Of a DNA stretch of 64,000 bases, positions 13,569 through 30,827 are shown in pieces (the first letter of the stretch is position 1; the number at the start of each line of letters is the position of its first letter). Made by a program: the position numbers and the translations under genes. The stretch is from NCBI GenBank assembly GCA_964016885.1, contig OZ024752.1, positions 45,446,001 to 45,510,000 on the forward strand, written 5' to 3'. This DNA comes from Eledone cirrhosa. Its lineage: Eukaryota. The notes under the pieces are model-generated. The model made no database searches, was not told where the DNA came from, and saw nothing but the letters and a program-made list of their open reading frames with translations.

Positions 13569-14204
13569 CAGCTGGGAAGATGGCAAACAATATATATTGC
13601 AAACTGTTACAAACATATCCATCACCATCACCACCACCACTACCTCCACCATCACCACTACTACCACCAACACTACCACTACCACTACCACCACTTAAAT
13701 CTTTCATCAATTTTAATTAGTGTCCTTGATTGTCTTAATGTCTTGTCTGATGTTAACTGAAAAAGCCAGAATGTGTTCAAATACACTCAAAAATCAACCT
13801 TATTGAAGCCTCTCCCACAATTATGGTGGCCATTGTTGGGATTTCATTTTGAAATAATTATATCATATTTTGTAAAATTCATTTGATTTTAATTATTTAA
13901 TTTTTCATTTATTTGGGGATGAAATTTCTCCAATTAATATGTAAATATATATATTTTGTTTGTCATGTGATGTTGTTTTAACTGCTTGGTTGGAAACAGA
14001 AGCATAGGAGTTTCAATATATATATATATATATATATATACTTCTATATAAGCTCTGTTCATTACATTATACGTATTTCTATGGCTGAACAACACTTCAT
14101 CTCACTCCTGTCATATTATCAAGGAACTTCATCTGTATACTCCTAGCATGTGGATGTTCTCCCTACTCCAAATATATATGTATATATATATATAAACACA
14201 CATG

Positions 14205-14253
<49 letters not shown>

Positions 14254-14584
14254 GTATATATATATATACATATGTATATATATATGTATATATATATATA
14301 CATATGTATATATATATATACATATGTATATATATATATATATATACATATGTATATATATATATATACATATGTATATATATATATATATACATATGTA
14401 TATATATATATATATACATATGTATATATATATATATATACATATGTATATATATATATATATATATACATATGTATATATATATATATATACATATGTA
14501 TATATATATATATATACATATGTGTATATATATATATATATATATACATATGTATATATATACATATGTATATATATACATGTG

Positions 14585-14619
<35 letters not shown>

Positions 14620-14736
14620 GTATATATATATACATATGTATATATATACATATGTATATATATACATATGTATATATATATATATGTATATATATATTTA
14701 TATACATATGTATATATATATATATAAACACACATG

Positions 14737-14800
<64 letters not shown>

Positions 14801-15700
14801 CCATACATATAAATATATATATATACATATATATATATGTGTGTGTACATATATAGATAGATAATGTGCCTATGTATATGTAAATGTACATATGTATATA
14901 TATGTATATATATGTGTGTATATATATATATATATAAGTCTATATATATATATATATATAAGTCTATATATATATATATAGACTTATATTATGGGTGTGT
15001 AATATATGTTTGATTAAATGTATACAAGAGAAAGGATGTGAGAGATAAGGAGAGAGAAAATTGAAATATTTCAAAAATCAACAACTGACAAGGCACCCAA
15101 CTTTACCGTCTATAATTGTGATTTCTTTATTGGCCCCAGGGTGGGGTTTAATAGTGCTACCATTTTGCAATGCATGACAGCAAAATGTCCGACAAAACAT
15201 ATTTTCACTTTGTAAGTATAATTTTTATATATTTTTTCACATTTTTTTTTACATTTGCCAGTTTTTATTTCAAAAAATATTCATGAATTATTATATAATT
15301 TATGTAAGTTTTTTAGCCACTTACAAGCTTTATATATATAAGTGTGTATGTATATATATATATAAATGTATATATATATATAAATGTATATATATATATA
15401 AATGTATATATATATATAAATGTATATATATATATTAGATATATTTGATATATCTCATATGAAATGATACAGCCAATTTTCCACACAATACAGTTAGTTA
15501 GCACCCGAACGTTTAATTAGGAATATACTCACTTATTTCCTAATGTTTCTTGAGTGAGCTGGGATTTGGCCGGAGTATCGCTATTAGCTTTCTCCGATAA
15601 TGTATTTATATATATATAAATGTATATATATATAAATGTATATATATATATAAATGTATATATATATAAATGTATATATATATATATATAAATGTATATA

Positions 15701-16401
15701 AAACCAAAATTAAATTAAGGGAGTCATGTCCGAGAGATGTGCCATATCCACCGTAGAATAAGCTCAAAGATTCCAATGAATAGATCCAAGCATTTTATAT
15801 CAACTAGAAATTGATTGACATACATATATATATATCTTAAATAAACACATGAAACAATTGCAGGGGATAATTTGTAAAGTGTGTAAACACACACAACTAG
15901 GTAGGTAACTAATTAAAGTTGAACTAGAACTTCAAATATAAAGATACCTTTTAAAATGATTAATCTTCCTTGTATATATTTCATTAAAGAAATATATTTC
16001 ACCATTAATCCGTAAACTTACAGTAGTCAAATCCTGCCACTGGGATGACGCTGGTACGATGTGTGTAGTTTTTAAAAATGCAACACGTGCGATGGGTCAT
16101 TCACAGATTTGCATTTGCTGTGTAAACACAGATAGTTAAATCTTCTTCCTTGTTGAAAATCCGGGATTTGACTACTGTAAGTTTACGGATTAATGGTGAA
16201 ATATATTTCTTTAATGAAATATATACAAGGAAGATTAATCATTTTAAAAAATATCTATATTTGAAGTTCTAGTTCAACTTTAATTAGTTACCTACCTAGC
16301 TGTGTGTGTTTACACACTTTACAAATTATCAAATGTGATTGTTTCATGTGTTTATTTTAGATATATATATATGTATGTCAATCAATTTCCAGTTGATATA
16401 A

Positions 16402-16404
<3 letters not shown>
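15701..16404. mobile_element. Family F long fold-back element
   Basis: ~240-bp arms 15792-16034 / 16164-16404, ~130-nt spacer, ~90-nt tail, embedded in (TA)n-AATG arrays. Confidence 0.65.
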
Positions 16405-16457
<53 letters not shown>

Positions 16458-16566
16458 ATATATATATATAAATGTATATATATAATATATATATATAAAT
16501 GTATATATATATATATACATTTGTATATATATATATACATACATATATACATATATATTTGTATAC

Positions 16567-16617
<51 letters not shown>

Positions 16618-16679
16618 CATATATACTTACACATACATATATGGATTAATGTATATATGTAAATATATGTAAATATATG

Positions 16680-16725
<46 letters not shown>

Positions 16726-16966
16726 GGAGGAAAAGAAGAAGAAGAAGAAGAAGAAGAAGAAGAAGCATACAAGAGTGTTAGAGGAGATGTCCAGTGGTCA
16801 AATATTATCGAAGAGTTCAGAAGAGACAAATGAGAAGACCTCCAAAATAATGTGAAGAAGACATTGTCAAAATGGAAGGGAATTGTGTAGTCAATGGAGA
16901 AATGGAAGAGCATTAGTACCAATGATGCATGACATTTGATAGTCTGATTGATTGGAAAATCTAAAG

Positions 16967-17055
<89 letters not shown>

Positions 17056-17202
17056 TGTGTGTCTGTGTGTGTGTTTTGGGATATATAATCATAGGAGTTG
17101 TGTAAGTTCAACAGAGAAACAAAATGAAGTATGCAATCAACTTTAGAGAATTATGCAACTGTATAGAAAGTAACTTTGATCATTGAATGTCTGTCTGTGT
17201 GA

Positions 17203-17240
<38 letters not shown>

Positions 17241-17241
<1 letters not shown>

Positions 17242-17412
17242 GAAAAAAAGGAAAAGAATGACTTCACTTGTAGTGTTAAATAATTTGATTTAATTTTATG
17301 ATATTATAATATTATAAAATTAAATCAAATTATTTAACACTACAAGTGAAGTCATTCTTTTCCTTTTTTTCAAATATACCTAACGGTTCCAAGGATCTCA
17401 CACATTTTCAAA
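17241..17412. mobile_element. Fold-back element: 132-bp palindrome plus 40-nt tail
   Basis: 17241-17372 is a spacerless palindrome with one G/T mismatch, flanked by (TA)n. Confidence 0.62.
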
Positions 17413-17801
17413 TATATATATATATATACATATCATATATATATATCTAACCCATGCTAGCGTGGAAGAACGGACATAAAACGGTGATGATGATGATGAT
17501 ATATATATATATATATATATATACATATCATATATATACATATCATATATATTATATATATCATATATATATATTATATATAGTACATATATTATTATAT
17601 ATTATAGAGAGAAGGCCTTACATTCAAGCTTAAACCATTTTGATGGCAAAATGGGAAATTAAAGTTTAAGCTTGACCAGAGGTCAGTCTATTCTATAACA
17701 ATAACTGTACTATACTTTCCTTATGTATGGAGTACTAAGTTTGAAAATTAGTCCTATTGGTCTTAACTAGTAACATCATATCCATTTACATATACATTCA
17801 T

Positions 17802-17837
<36 letters not shown>

Positions 17838-17844
17838 GTGTATG

Positions 17845-18048
17845 TATTAAAATAACAGATTAAAGTTTAAGCTAAGAATCGCTGCTTTCACCCTTAATGG
17901 GATCTTCTGAAACTCCCACGAATCTTTGCTTAAACTTTAATCTGTTATTTTAATAAATATTTGCTCTAGGGTTCTTATATATTTGATATATATATAATCC
18001 TTATCGAGCCCTCTTTGGATTTTAGTCTTCACATTTATTATTATTACT
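17845..18048. mobile_element. Family B fold-back element in (TA)n
   Basis: Inverted arms (attaaaataacagattaaagtttaagc / gcttaaactttaatctgttattttaat) plus tail ...ttatcgagccctctttggattttagtcttc. Homologues at 5731-5828 and 22052-22756. Confidence 0.65.
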
Positions 18049-18712
18049 ATATATATAAATATATATATATATGTATGCATGTATGTATATATATATATAT
18101 ATACATATATGTATGTGAGACTACAACAAAAACAATGACCATTTATCATCCCAGTGTCAACGTATGTATGTATGTATCTATGTATGTATGTATGTATGTA
18201 TGTATGCATGTATGTATGTATATATGCATGCATGTATGTATGTATCACTAATAGTTAATATTTTCTGGACTATCCTGCGTCCTATTATTGAATATATATA
18301 CAAGCCCTTAGCCCTACAAACATGGCTGCCATTTGAACTTACACACTATATTTTACAATAAAGATATAAAGCTTATATGCAAAAACTAACCTGAGCCAAT
18401 GAGAACATTCAGGAATGATGTAACATGATAGACTGAACTAATCGAAAATCTGTTGTACAAAGGAATACCTTGAATCATGAGCTTAACTGTCCAGAAAATA
18501 CAAAATACCTGAGAATAAATTATGTATCTGTATATATGTGTATATATATAATAATGTAAATTATTGTGTACAGTGCTCAGGTGCACTGCAACTCATCAAA
18601 GGTGCATATAGTACATAGAATAATGTACAAATGTCAGGAAAGTGAACAGTGTATGAGTTATGATATACACACAGATATATGCGTGCGTGTATATGGAGGG
18701 GAATAATATATG

Positions 18713-18770
<58 letters not shown>

Positions 18771-18772
<2 letters not shown>

Positions 18773-19088
18773 AAAGTTTTATTTAAAATTGTTGGGTTAC
18801 AACAAGTAAATATTTTATAACCGATATAAAGCACTCGACAAGTTTTTGGAGTAGATATACGATAGTAAACAAATGGAAACTATATTTATAAAACCATATT
18901 TATTTCATTATACATATTTCAGGGATACCATATTAAAAATTTATGGTACGTCAAAATTATTTATAAAACAGTTTATATATTGTATTTTATCTGACGAAGG
19001 CATGCCATATTTTTAATATGGTATCCCTGAAATATGTATAATGAAATAAATATGGTTTTATAAATATAGTTTCCATTTGTTTACTATC

Positions 19089-19091
<3 letters not shown>
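18771..19091. mobile_element. Family A fold-back element, asymmetric copy
   Basis: Tail plus left arm truncated at ~18940, joined to an inverted longer arm. Both ends abut (TA)n. Confidence 0.75.
18983..19048 (+). ncRNA. Type I hammerhead ribozyme motif
   Basis: TATTTTAT-CTGACGA(18991)-AGGcATGCCATAT/ATATGGTATcCCT-GAAA(19029)-TATGTA-TA^ATGAAATA. All core nucleotides intact; predicted cleavage after 19040. Confidence 0.78.
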
Positions 19092-19141
<50 letters not shown>

Positions 19142-19149
19142 TATATATA

Positions 19150-19202
<53 letters not shown>

Positions 19203-19342
19203 ATAATATTTATGGTATATTATCATTGCTTTAACAAATATTTTTTTCCTCACAATTGCCTTGGTTTCATGCACACATAATATATATATGCATACACAAT
19301 ATCATACAAAAAATGTTCTGCTACACATGTGTATATACATAC

Positions 19343-19394
<52 letters not shown>

Positions 19395-19416
19395 GCACAC
19401 ATATATATATACATAC

Positions 19417-19458
<42 letters not shown>

Positions 19459-19486
19459 GCACACATACACATATATATATATACAT

Positions 19487-19688
19487 AAAACATAGCGAGC
19501 TGTGTAGTTATTGTAAACAAAGTGTAAAATAGTAATATGGACGTAAACAAGAGAAGAAACCCTTCATCAGCTGTTAACAGCAGATCATAGATGTTTTGGC
19601 ACTTAAAACAGTTTTAAGTGACGAAACATCTATGATCTGCTGTTAACAGCTGATGAAGGGTTTCTTCTCTTGTTTACGTCCATATTAC

Positions 19689-19691
<3 letters not shown>
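19487..19691. mobile_element. Family C fold-back element
   Basis: 81-bp arms 19529-19609 / 19611-19691 with 2 mismatches, contains CTGATGAAGGG, ~40-nt tail, (TA)n flanks. Confidence 0.65.
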
Positions 19692-20883
<1,192 letters not shown>

Positions 20884-21038
20884 ATAAAATATATATGTGC
20901 GTGCGTGTATGAGTGAGTGTGTGTGCATGTCTCAGTTATTATCTGGTGATAGGGCTAAGTAAGATGAATAGCAATCATGTAAACCAGATTTGAGAGAAGA
21001 TTCTTATTCTTTCTCCCATCACAGCAATGACAACCTTA

Positions 21039-21074
<36 letters not shown>

Positions 21075-21709
21075 GCATATATACACACACACATACATAT
21101 GTGTGGATGCATTTCGATGTAAGTTTCTTCATATTTGTATATATATATTTATTTTGTACATATATATACATATACACACATATATATATATATATATATA
21201 TACATATACATCTATATATACATATACATCTATATATATATACATATATATATACATATATATATATATATAAGATCCAATTGTAATTATATTCTTAATA
21301 ACACAACCTTAATAACACAAATCGATTTAATTTCTCTTAAAATAACATTATTATTCAACCATAACAACTTTAGTTAAACAGTAATTCCTCTATAAAATAA
21401 TTTATATTGAGCACTTTGTTTATTCATCAATGCAACAATTAATGTCTAATGATGGTCTGTTTATGAACACAGCTCGAAATTGTTGGTTAAATTCTCAACC
21501 AGTAGTTGCCTATACACAAATTAATTTTTTAAATATATATTTTTTTTACACCTTTAGATAATTTCTGAATTAATTAGTATAGTCTAATTATCTAATTTGA
21601 TTTTCTTTGTATGTTTGTCTAATTTATCAAACATAACACAACACATTAAGTTATATTACTTTCTGTTATATTTGCTGGCATAACTTTACTCTCTTGTACG
21701 TTTTACTCT

Positions 21710-21785
<76 letters not shown>

Positions 21786-21796
21786 TGTGTGTGTGT

Positions 21797-22037
21797 TAGG
21801 TAATTCCGAAGAAAAAGCCAAGGAAAAAAGAGTGCTCTATGTATAGAACAGAGCTATTTAATTAGAAAGTAAACAACACAAAATATAACTACTACATTAC
21901 CAAACGTTTCTGGACCTTAGACAATATTGATATATGCCTGGATTGTTCATCAGATAGAGATGGTAACATCTCTGCCTAGGGTCCAGAAACTTTTGGTAAT
22001 GGAGTAATTATATATTGTGTTGTTCACTTTCTAATTA
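21797..22037. mobile_element. Family D fold-back element
   Basis: Imperfect arms 21859-21923 / 21973-22037. Minus strand carries CTGATGA...GAAACGTTTGGTA. A solo arm copy lies at ~1989-2092. Confidence 0.62.
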
Positions 22038-22248
22038 TATATATATATATATATTATAAGAACAGATTAAAGTTTAAGCAAAGAATCGCTGCTTTCACCC
22101 TTAACAGGATCTTCTTAACGGGAGTTTCAGAAGATCCCGTTAAGGATGAAAGCAGTGATTCTTTGCTTAAACTTTAATCTGTTCTTATAATAAATACTTG
22201 TTCTACGAGTTTATATATATACTTGTATATATATATATATATATATAT

Positions 22249-22691
22249 GTAAAAGTTTTATTTAAAATTGTTGGGATACAACAAGTAAATATTTTATAAC
22301 TGATATAAAGCACTCGACAAGTTTTTGGAGTAGATATACGATATTAAATAAATGGAAACTATATTTATAAAACCATATTTATTTCATTATACATATTTCA
22401 GGGATACCAAATTAAAAAATGGTATGCCTTCATCAGACAATACAATATATAAACAGTTTTATAAATAATTTTGACGTACCCTATTAGAAGCGACCATTAC
22501 TTTTGGAAGCTGTCTTCCAAAAGTAATGGTCGCTTCTAATAGGGTACGTCAAAATTATTTATAAAACTGTTTATATATTGTATTTTGTCTGATGAAGGCA
22601 TACCATTTTTTAATTTGGTATCCCTGAAATATGTATAATGAAATAAATATGGTTTTATAAATATAGTTTCCATTTATTTAATATCGTATAT
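22249..22691. mobile_element. Family A fold-back element nested in family B element
   Basis: Arms ~22334-22509 / 22514-22691, spacer CTGT, tail 22249-22333. Confidence 0.78.
22581..22645 (+). ncRNA. Type I hammerhead ribozyme motif (mirror core at 22430-22436 on -)
   Basis: TATTTTGT-CTGATGA(22589)-AGGcATACCA..TGGTATcCCT-GAAA(22626)-TATGTA-TA^ATGAAATA. Predicted cleavage after 22637. Confidence 0.78.
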
Positions 22692-24471
22692 ATATGTATA
22701 TATATAATCCTTATCGAGCCCTCTTCGGATTTTAGTCTTCACATTTATTATTACTATATATATATAATATATATATGTCTGTGTGGATGTATGTATAAAA
22801 CCAAGATCTGAAGATCTATGTTATGTTTTTTTTTTTCTTTTTCTGTTCTCTACATACGTATGTGTGGAACTATATGCAATAATGTGTAAATAGTTTTTCT
22901 GAGTTCAAATCTTGCAGAGGTTAACTTTGCCTTTCAGTGTTCCAAGGCCGATAAAATAAAGTACTTGACAATATAGAGGTCAATATGATCAACTCCCCCC
23001 CTCCCAAACAATTGCTGGCCTTATACCAAATTTAGACCATGCGCCAATAAATGGCTGGGGTTTTGCACATCAGAGAGACCGAGCAGGTGAACCTTGGGGG
23101 TGACACCCTTTCATTGGCTGATTGGTGCTGAAACTTTGGTCACTACATATCTACAGACATATATATATACATATATACAGATATATGTATATATATATAT
23201 ATGCAGACATACATATATATATATATACATATATGCAGATATATATATATACATATATATGTATATACATATATGCAGACATATATATACATATATGCAG
23301 ATATATGTATACATATATATATAGACATATATATATACACATATGCAGATATGTATACATATATATATATACAGACATATATATATACATATATGCAGAC
23401 ATATATATATACATATATGCAGATAGATGTACACATATATATATACAAACATATATATATATATGCAGACATATATATATATACATATATGTATACATAT
23501 ATGTAGATATGTATACACATATGCAGACATCTACATACATATATGCAGACATATTTATACATATATGCAGATATGTATAGACATATACATACATTCTTCT
23601 AGAATGTTTAGATAGAATGAATTTTATGTCACTTGACAAATACATATGAATGACAAAGTATTTTTCAAAAAAAACTTTTCAACTTCAATCAAGATAAAAG
23701 ACATTCTTTTCTTCTCTAAAATTGGTTGATCTATCAATGTTTCTAGCTTCTACTTGCAAATCACAATTTCCCAATATTTACAATAGCCGATAATATCTTC
23801 TGAATAATGTATAATGTATGTAAATTATATGATCAACTGTGAAGACAGAGAACTGTTTTATAATTTATAAAAAAGAAAAAAGACAACTAACAACAATGAG
23901 GTTGTTCTTGTGATTATTTGGTAGCTTGTCCTTACTGAAGCTTATCTCATGGTTCTCATCAGAGGGGGAATTGGTTATACCACGGTTTTAGCCTCGCTAA
24001 ACATAACCACTTCCACGACAACGCTGTGAGAGAGTTGGCTTGCCTGAAAGATTATTCGATGGAAAGGAAACTCCAGTGCCACGTGTGGCAGTGATTCACT
24101 CTGTGCATATTCTTCAACTTTCTTAATCATTTTTATTTATTGAATTTGTGTGGTTATGTCTGCATGTATTCCATTGAAACAACAACACATTCAATGGAAA
24201 AAGAATACTTTAAAAATTAGTCTTTTTTTCTAAATTGAATCAAAATAACAGACTTATAAATGATTCAATTATTTCTGTAAATTTCTGTACGTTTGTAATG
24301 TAAAGGACACACAGAGTCACACACATACACACAGAGTCACACACATACACACAGTCACACACATACACACACACAGTCACATACATACACGCACACGCAT
24401 AGTGTTTTAGAAGTATGTAAAGACACAACTATGTATTTATATATATATATACATACATAAATACACATACA

Positions 24472-24518
<47 letters not shown>

Positions 24519-24562
24519 GTGTGTGTATGTGTTTTTATGTATGTATATATATATATAAATAC

Positions 24563-24599
<37 letters not shown>

Positions 24600-24657
24600 T
24601 GCATACACACGTGTGTGTGTGTATATGTATATACATATATATATGTACAGGAATACA

Positions 24658-24692
<35 letters not shown>

Positions 24693-25126
24693 GTACATGC
24701 ATACACACACATATGTATATGTGTATATATATATATATATGATGGCTGCCCCCTCGTTATTGAGTATGGCCATTGCATGTTATACCATTATTAATAATTA
24801 TTAATTAATTCTATCATGCAATGCCAGTGCGTGAAAATATTTTTTAAAGTGAGGAAAGACTGTGCACTGAGCCAATCCCACTCTCTGAGCGACAGTAGCT
24901 ATAACCCAAAGAGAAGAAAAGATCAACATCATCGGTAACTACTGAGCCACAGGTTTTATATCGGAGTTATCCCAGTTTCCTGAGTTGCCTTCTCCTGTAT
25001 ACATACACACACACATATGTATATGTGTGTGTATATATATATATACACACACACACATATGTATATGTGTGTGTATATATATATACATACACACACACAT
25101 ATGTATATGTGTGTATATATATACAT

Positions 25127-25161
<35 letters not shown>

Positions 25162-25280
25162 CACACATATATATACACACATATATATATGAATGTATAT
25201 ATATGTACATAACAAGAGAGTCAACAAGAAGATAAAAGCAGTCTATATATAAATCAGAGGTTATATATATATATACACAC

Positions 25281-25334
<54 letters not shown>

Positions 25335-25351
25335 GTATACATATATATATT

Positions 25352-25398
<47 letters not shown>

Positions 25399-25415
25399 GT
25401 CTACATATATATATT

Positions 25416-25469
<54 letters not shown>

Positions 25470-25474
25470 TATAT

Positions 25475-25515
<41 letters not shown>

Positions 25516-25829
25516 TACATGCATGTATATTACATGTACACACTTATATTGCATATTTAGCGTGGAAAAGCAGATGTGAAATGATGGTGATGATATACAC
25601 ACACACATATCTATATATATATATTGTTCTTCTCTCTGAAATTGAGGAGGTCATAGAATGTGTAACGAAAGAGTTTTGACAAAATAACCAATAACTAAGC
25701 TGAAGTGAAAGTCAAACAGTTCATGTGCTACTCTTGGCAAAATGACTAATGCCAGTTATACATGTTTCAACACGTGATTTCACATCAAGAATCTTGCAAA
25801 ATACATAAATGTATACATATACATTATAT

Positions 25830-25905
<76 letters not shown>

Positions 25906-26455
25906 ATTTGCAGTCAGGATTTTACATGTTGTATATATATATATGTATATATGTGTGTGTATGTGTGTATATATATATATATATGTATGTATATATGCTC
26001 TCTTTCACTACATAGAGCACTCTTTTCCTTTTTCCTTCACACAGACATTTTGACTGCATATATATATATCTATATAAATGTATTTATATATATATATATA
26101 TATAACTGTATATATATATATAAATGTATATATATATATATACATATATAGACAAATATATATATATATACACTCATGCATGTATAAACGCATATATGTT
26201 TATGTGCATTTGTTACTAATATGTATGTACGCAAGTACATGACTCTGTTAAGAAAGAGAGTGTACTCAATGTTAATCTATTATAGAACTCATTTTCCACT
26301 GCCCCCCTACAGTGACTTGGTAGATAATTGTTAAACTTTTTATTTTTACTGATTCACAAACAACAATAAAAATGACTTGTTGTCTTTGCTATCGCTCTCT
26401 CTCTCTCTCTCTATCTATTAATATATATATACATATATATACATATATATATATA

Positions 26456-26509
<54 letters not shown>

Positions 26510-26774
26510 GATATATATATATATACATATATATATATACATATATATATACACATATATATATACATATACATATATATATATACATACATATATATAT
26601 ACACATATATATATACATATACATATATATATATACATATATATATATACATATATATATATACATATATATATATACATATATATATATACATATATAT
26701 ATACATATATATATATACATATATATATATACATATATATATATACATATATATATATACATATATATATATAC

Positions 26775-26853
<79 letters not shown>

Positions 26854-26932
26854 CATATATATTTATATATACATATATATATACATATATTTATATATAC
26901 ATATATTTATATATACATATATTTATATATAC

Positions 26933-26967
<35 letters not shown>

Positions 26968-27065
26968 CATATATTTATATATACATATATTTATATATAC
27001 ATATATTTATATATACATATATATATATGCATATATATATACATATATGCATATATATATATATG

Positions 27066-27118
<53 letters not shown>

Positions 27119-28266
27119 GCATATATATATGAATATATGCATATATATATATGATTATATATATATACATATATATATACATATATACATATATACATAT
27201 ATATATATATACATATATACATATATATATGTTGGTCTCGTTTATTCTCCTTCATAGAACATGTATACACTAAAATAAAATAATCTATTGCTGGGTGGTG
27301 CCTGAGCAGTTTCAATGCAAATATTCTTAAGTTGGTTACTTTGGTAATGTCAAAGTTTCATATGAAGATGTGTCAGTTCTGCTGTTGGAACCGAAATATC
27401 TAGAAATGTTGGATGAAAACGTGAAAAAAATAATAATAATAATAACCTTCACTCTATCGTGTGTATTATTCTAAAGTTCTAAAGTTCTAAGAAGCATTTT
27501 TGGAGATGCTTACAAGTTCTGTACATATAATAACTGAATATATATTTGACAATAGTCTCTCTCTGTGTATATAACTGGATTTCGAAAAAAAATTCAGCTG
27601 GACATTAAAATCCTGAAAGAGAGCTAAAGTTGAATAGAAATAGCCTGTTATATCAGGAACTCAGATCTATACTTCTTGCCTTAAACGTTTTCAGAGGAGG
27701 CCACTGAAATGTCACCATCCTTAAGACATATCATATGGAAGGTCTTTACACAATGATATATCTACAACTGTTAATAAGACTTTTCTGGAGTCTCCCCAAA
27801 CTATCTTCCCTTGAAAGATAACTGGTATATTTTGTCTTAGGTGATCGCTGCTTCAGCAGGTAAATAAATACCTTTTTTTTTTTCTTTTTCATTTCTAAAT
27901 AGTTATAAATCTTTTTTTTTTTTTTTTAAATTGTTATCAAACATAAATGCAAAGAATTGTAAAATATAATTCAGATCCAAAAAAATTCTTTGGCTTAAAA
28001 CTGCTTTTAAACATATTTGGTAACATTGAAGAAATAGCACACAGTATTTTATATTATTGGATATATGGTCTTAGATTATATTTTAAATATTAAAATAAAA
28101 CAAAATATCTTAGAGATATTCATTATTCATAGGACACACATTCTGGAATATCAGAAGAAAGTTGTAATATATATGTCTTTGTTCACAGACAAAATGAAAA
28201 TGCATATTATAAATTACATATATGCAAAACAAAAGACATACATACATACATGCATACATACATACA

Positions 28267-28302
<36 letters not shown>

Positions 28303-28363
28303 TATATACATATATATATATACATGAACATTCAAACAAACAAGCAGGCACACATACAAACAT

Positions 28364-28406
<43 letters not shown>

Positions 28407-28487
28407 AATAACATTAAAAAAAGATGCTGTATTTACATATAGCATTTATTCATAATACTATATTAATATATTATTCTGTACACAAAC

Positions 28488-28570
<83 letters not shown>

Positions 28571-29787
28571 TAGGTATTAATGTCTGTTAGTGTACAGAAT
28601 AATATATTAATAAAAGTATTATTGTCAGAAGTAATAAAACACCTTTTATCACATGGGTAAAAAAATATATATATTCTATTTCTTCTTCCAACAATTATAT
28701 TTTATTAATACACTCAGACACACTAACACACACATATATGCACATACACATACAGAAACACATATATATATTCATACATATACACACATTTATACTCATA
28801 CAACAACCATTCATATGAACTAATTTAATCACAGAACATCAGCATATTATATGAAATGCAATGGGAAAGAGGTTTTCTTATTATTTTTCTCCTTTCGAAG
28901 TTTCTCTTTATATTTGAAAACACTAATGAAATTTTTCTGTGAAATAACAAGTATAAATAATTTAAGCCTTTTCAACATTACATGTGCATATACATAAATA
29001 TACATAAATATACATATATACATATATACTCTTACATAGATACATATATATAGACAGACATACATATATATATAGAAAGAGATATGTATATATGTATACA
29101 CACATATAGATATACATACATATACATACATATACATACATATATATATACATATATGTATATATATATACATATACATATATATATATACATATACATA
29201 TATATATATACATATACATATATATATACATATACATATATATATACATATACATATACATATATATATACATATATATATAACCATATATGTATATACA
29301 TATATACACATATATGTACATATATAAACATATATATATATACATATTTGTTTATATATACATATATACACATATATGTATATATATATACATATGTATA
29401 TATATATACATATATATAGATATATACATATATATACATATATACATATATATACATATATACATATATATATATACATATATATACATATATATACATA
29501 TATATACATATATATACATATATATGCATATACATACATATATATACATATATATACATATACATACATATATACATATATACATATATATATACATATA
29601 TGTATATACATATACATATACACATATATATATATACATATATGTATATACATATATATATACATATATGTATATACATATACATATACACATATATATA
29701 TATACATATATGTATATACATATATACACATATATGTATATATATATGTGTATACATATATACATATTTATATATATATACATATAC

Positions 29788-29818
<31 letters not shown>

Positions 29819-30221
29819 CATATGTATATATATATACATATACATATATATATACATATATATATATATACACATATATATATATACATATGTATCTAAG
29901 AGTTTGTGGTATGGATAGTGGAAAGACCCCAGATTAAAAAGTAGTACTCAATACATGTTTAGCTAGAGAGTTGGTATAGTAAAATCCAAATGGAGGGCAC
30001 ACCCCATTTGAGATGTTTGTAGGCTTAGAGCTAGCTTGGAGGAGAGTCAAGATGGTATGGGCCTGCTGTTGGGATTTCACTGGTTACTAATGTGTGTGTG
30101 TATAGATGTATGTATATATATGTATATATACATACATATACATATTATATGTGTATGTATGTGTATATATATATGTATACATATATATATAGATAGATAT
30201 ATGTCTGTGTGTATGTATATG

Positions 30222-30253
<32 letters not shown>

Positions 30254-30366
30254 TATAGATATATGTCTGAGATATATGTCTGTGTGTATGTATATATATA
30301 TATATACATATATATATACATCTATATATATATACATATAGATATAGATATATGTCTGTGTGTATG

Positions 30367-30398
<32 letters not shown>

Positions 30399-30601
30399 CT
30401 TATATATATATATATATATATACATATAGATATATGTCTGTGTGTATGTATATATATATACATTATATATATATATATATATATACATATAGATATATGT
30501 CTGTGTGTATGTATATATATATACATTATATATATAAATATATATATACATATATATATATATATACATACATACATTTACATACATACATATATATATA
30601 T

Positions 30602-30640
<39 letters not shown>

Positions 30641-30667
30641 AGTATGCATATTTATAAGTATGCATAC

Positions 30668-30698
<31 letters not shown>

Positions 30699-30787
30699 AT
30701 ATATATATACATATATATACATATATACACACACAAATATATATGTCTATATCTATATCTATATATATTTATGTGGGGGATTAATAT

Positions 30788-30827
<40 letters not shown>

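Larger units (their letters stand above)
22052..22756. mobile_element. Family B fold-back element, split by the family A insertion
   Basis: Arms 22052-22114 / 22130-22192. The tail resumes at ~22700 (ataatccttatcgagccctc) after the nested element. Confidence 0.7.

Noticed and set aside
16140-16240. Hammerhead in family F
   Set aside because: Only TTGTTGA and a distant GAAATATATAC; core and stem II not convincing.
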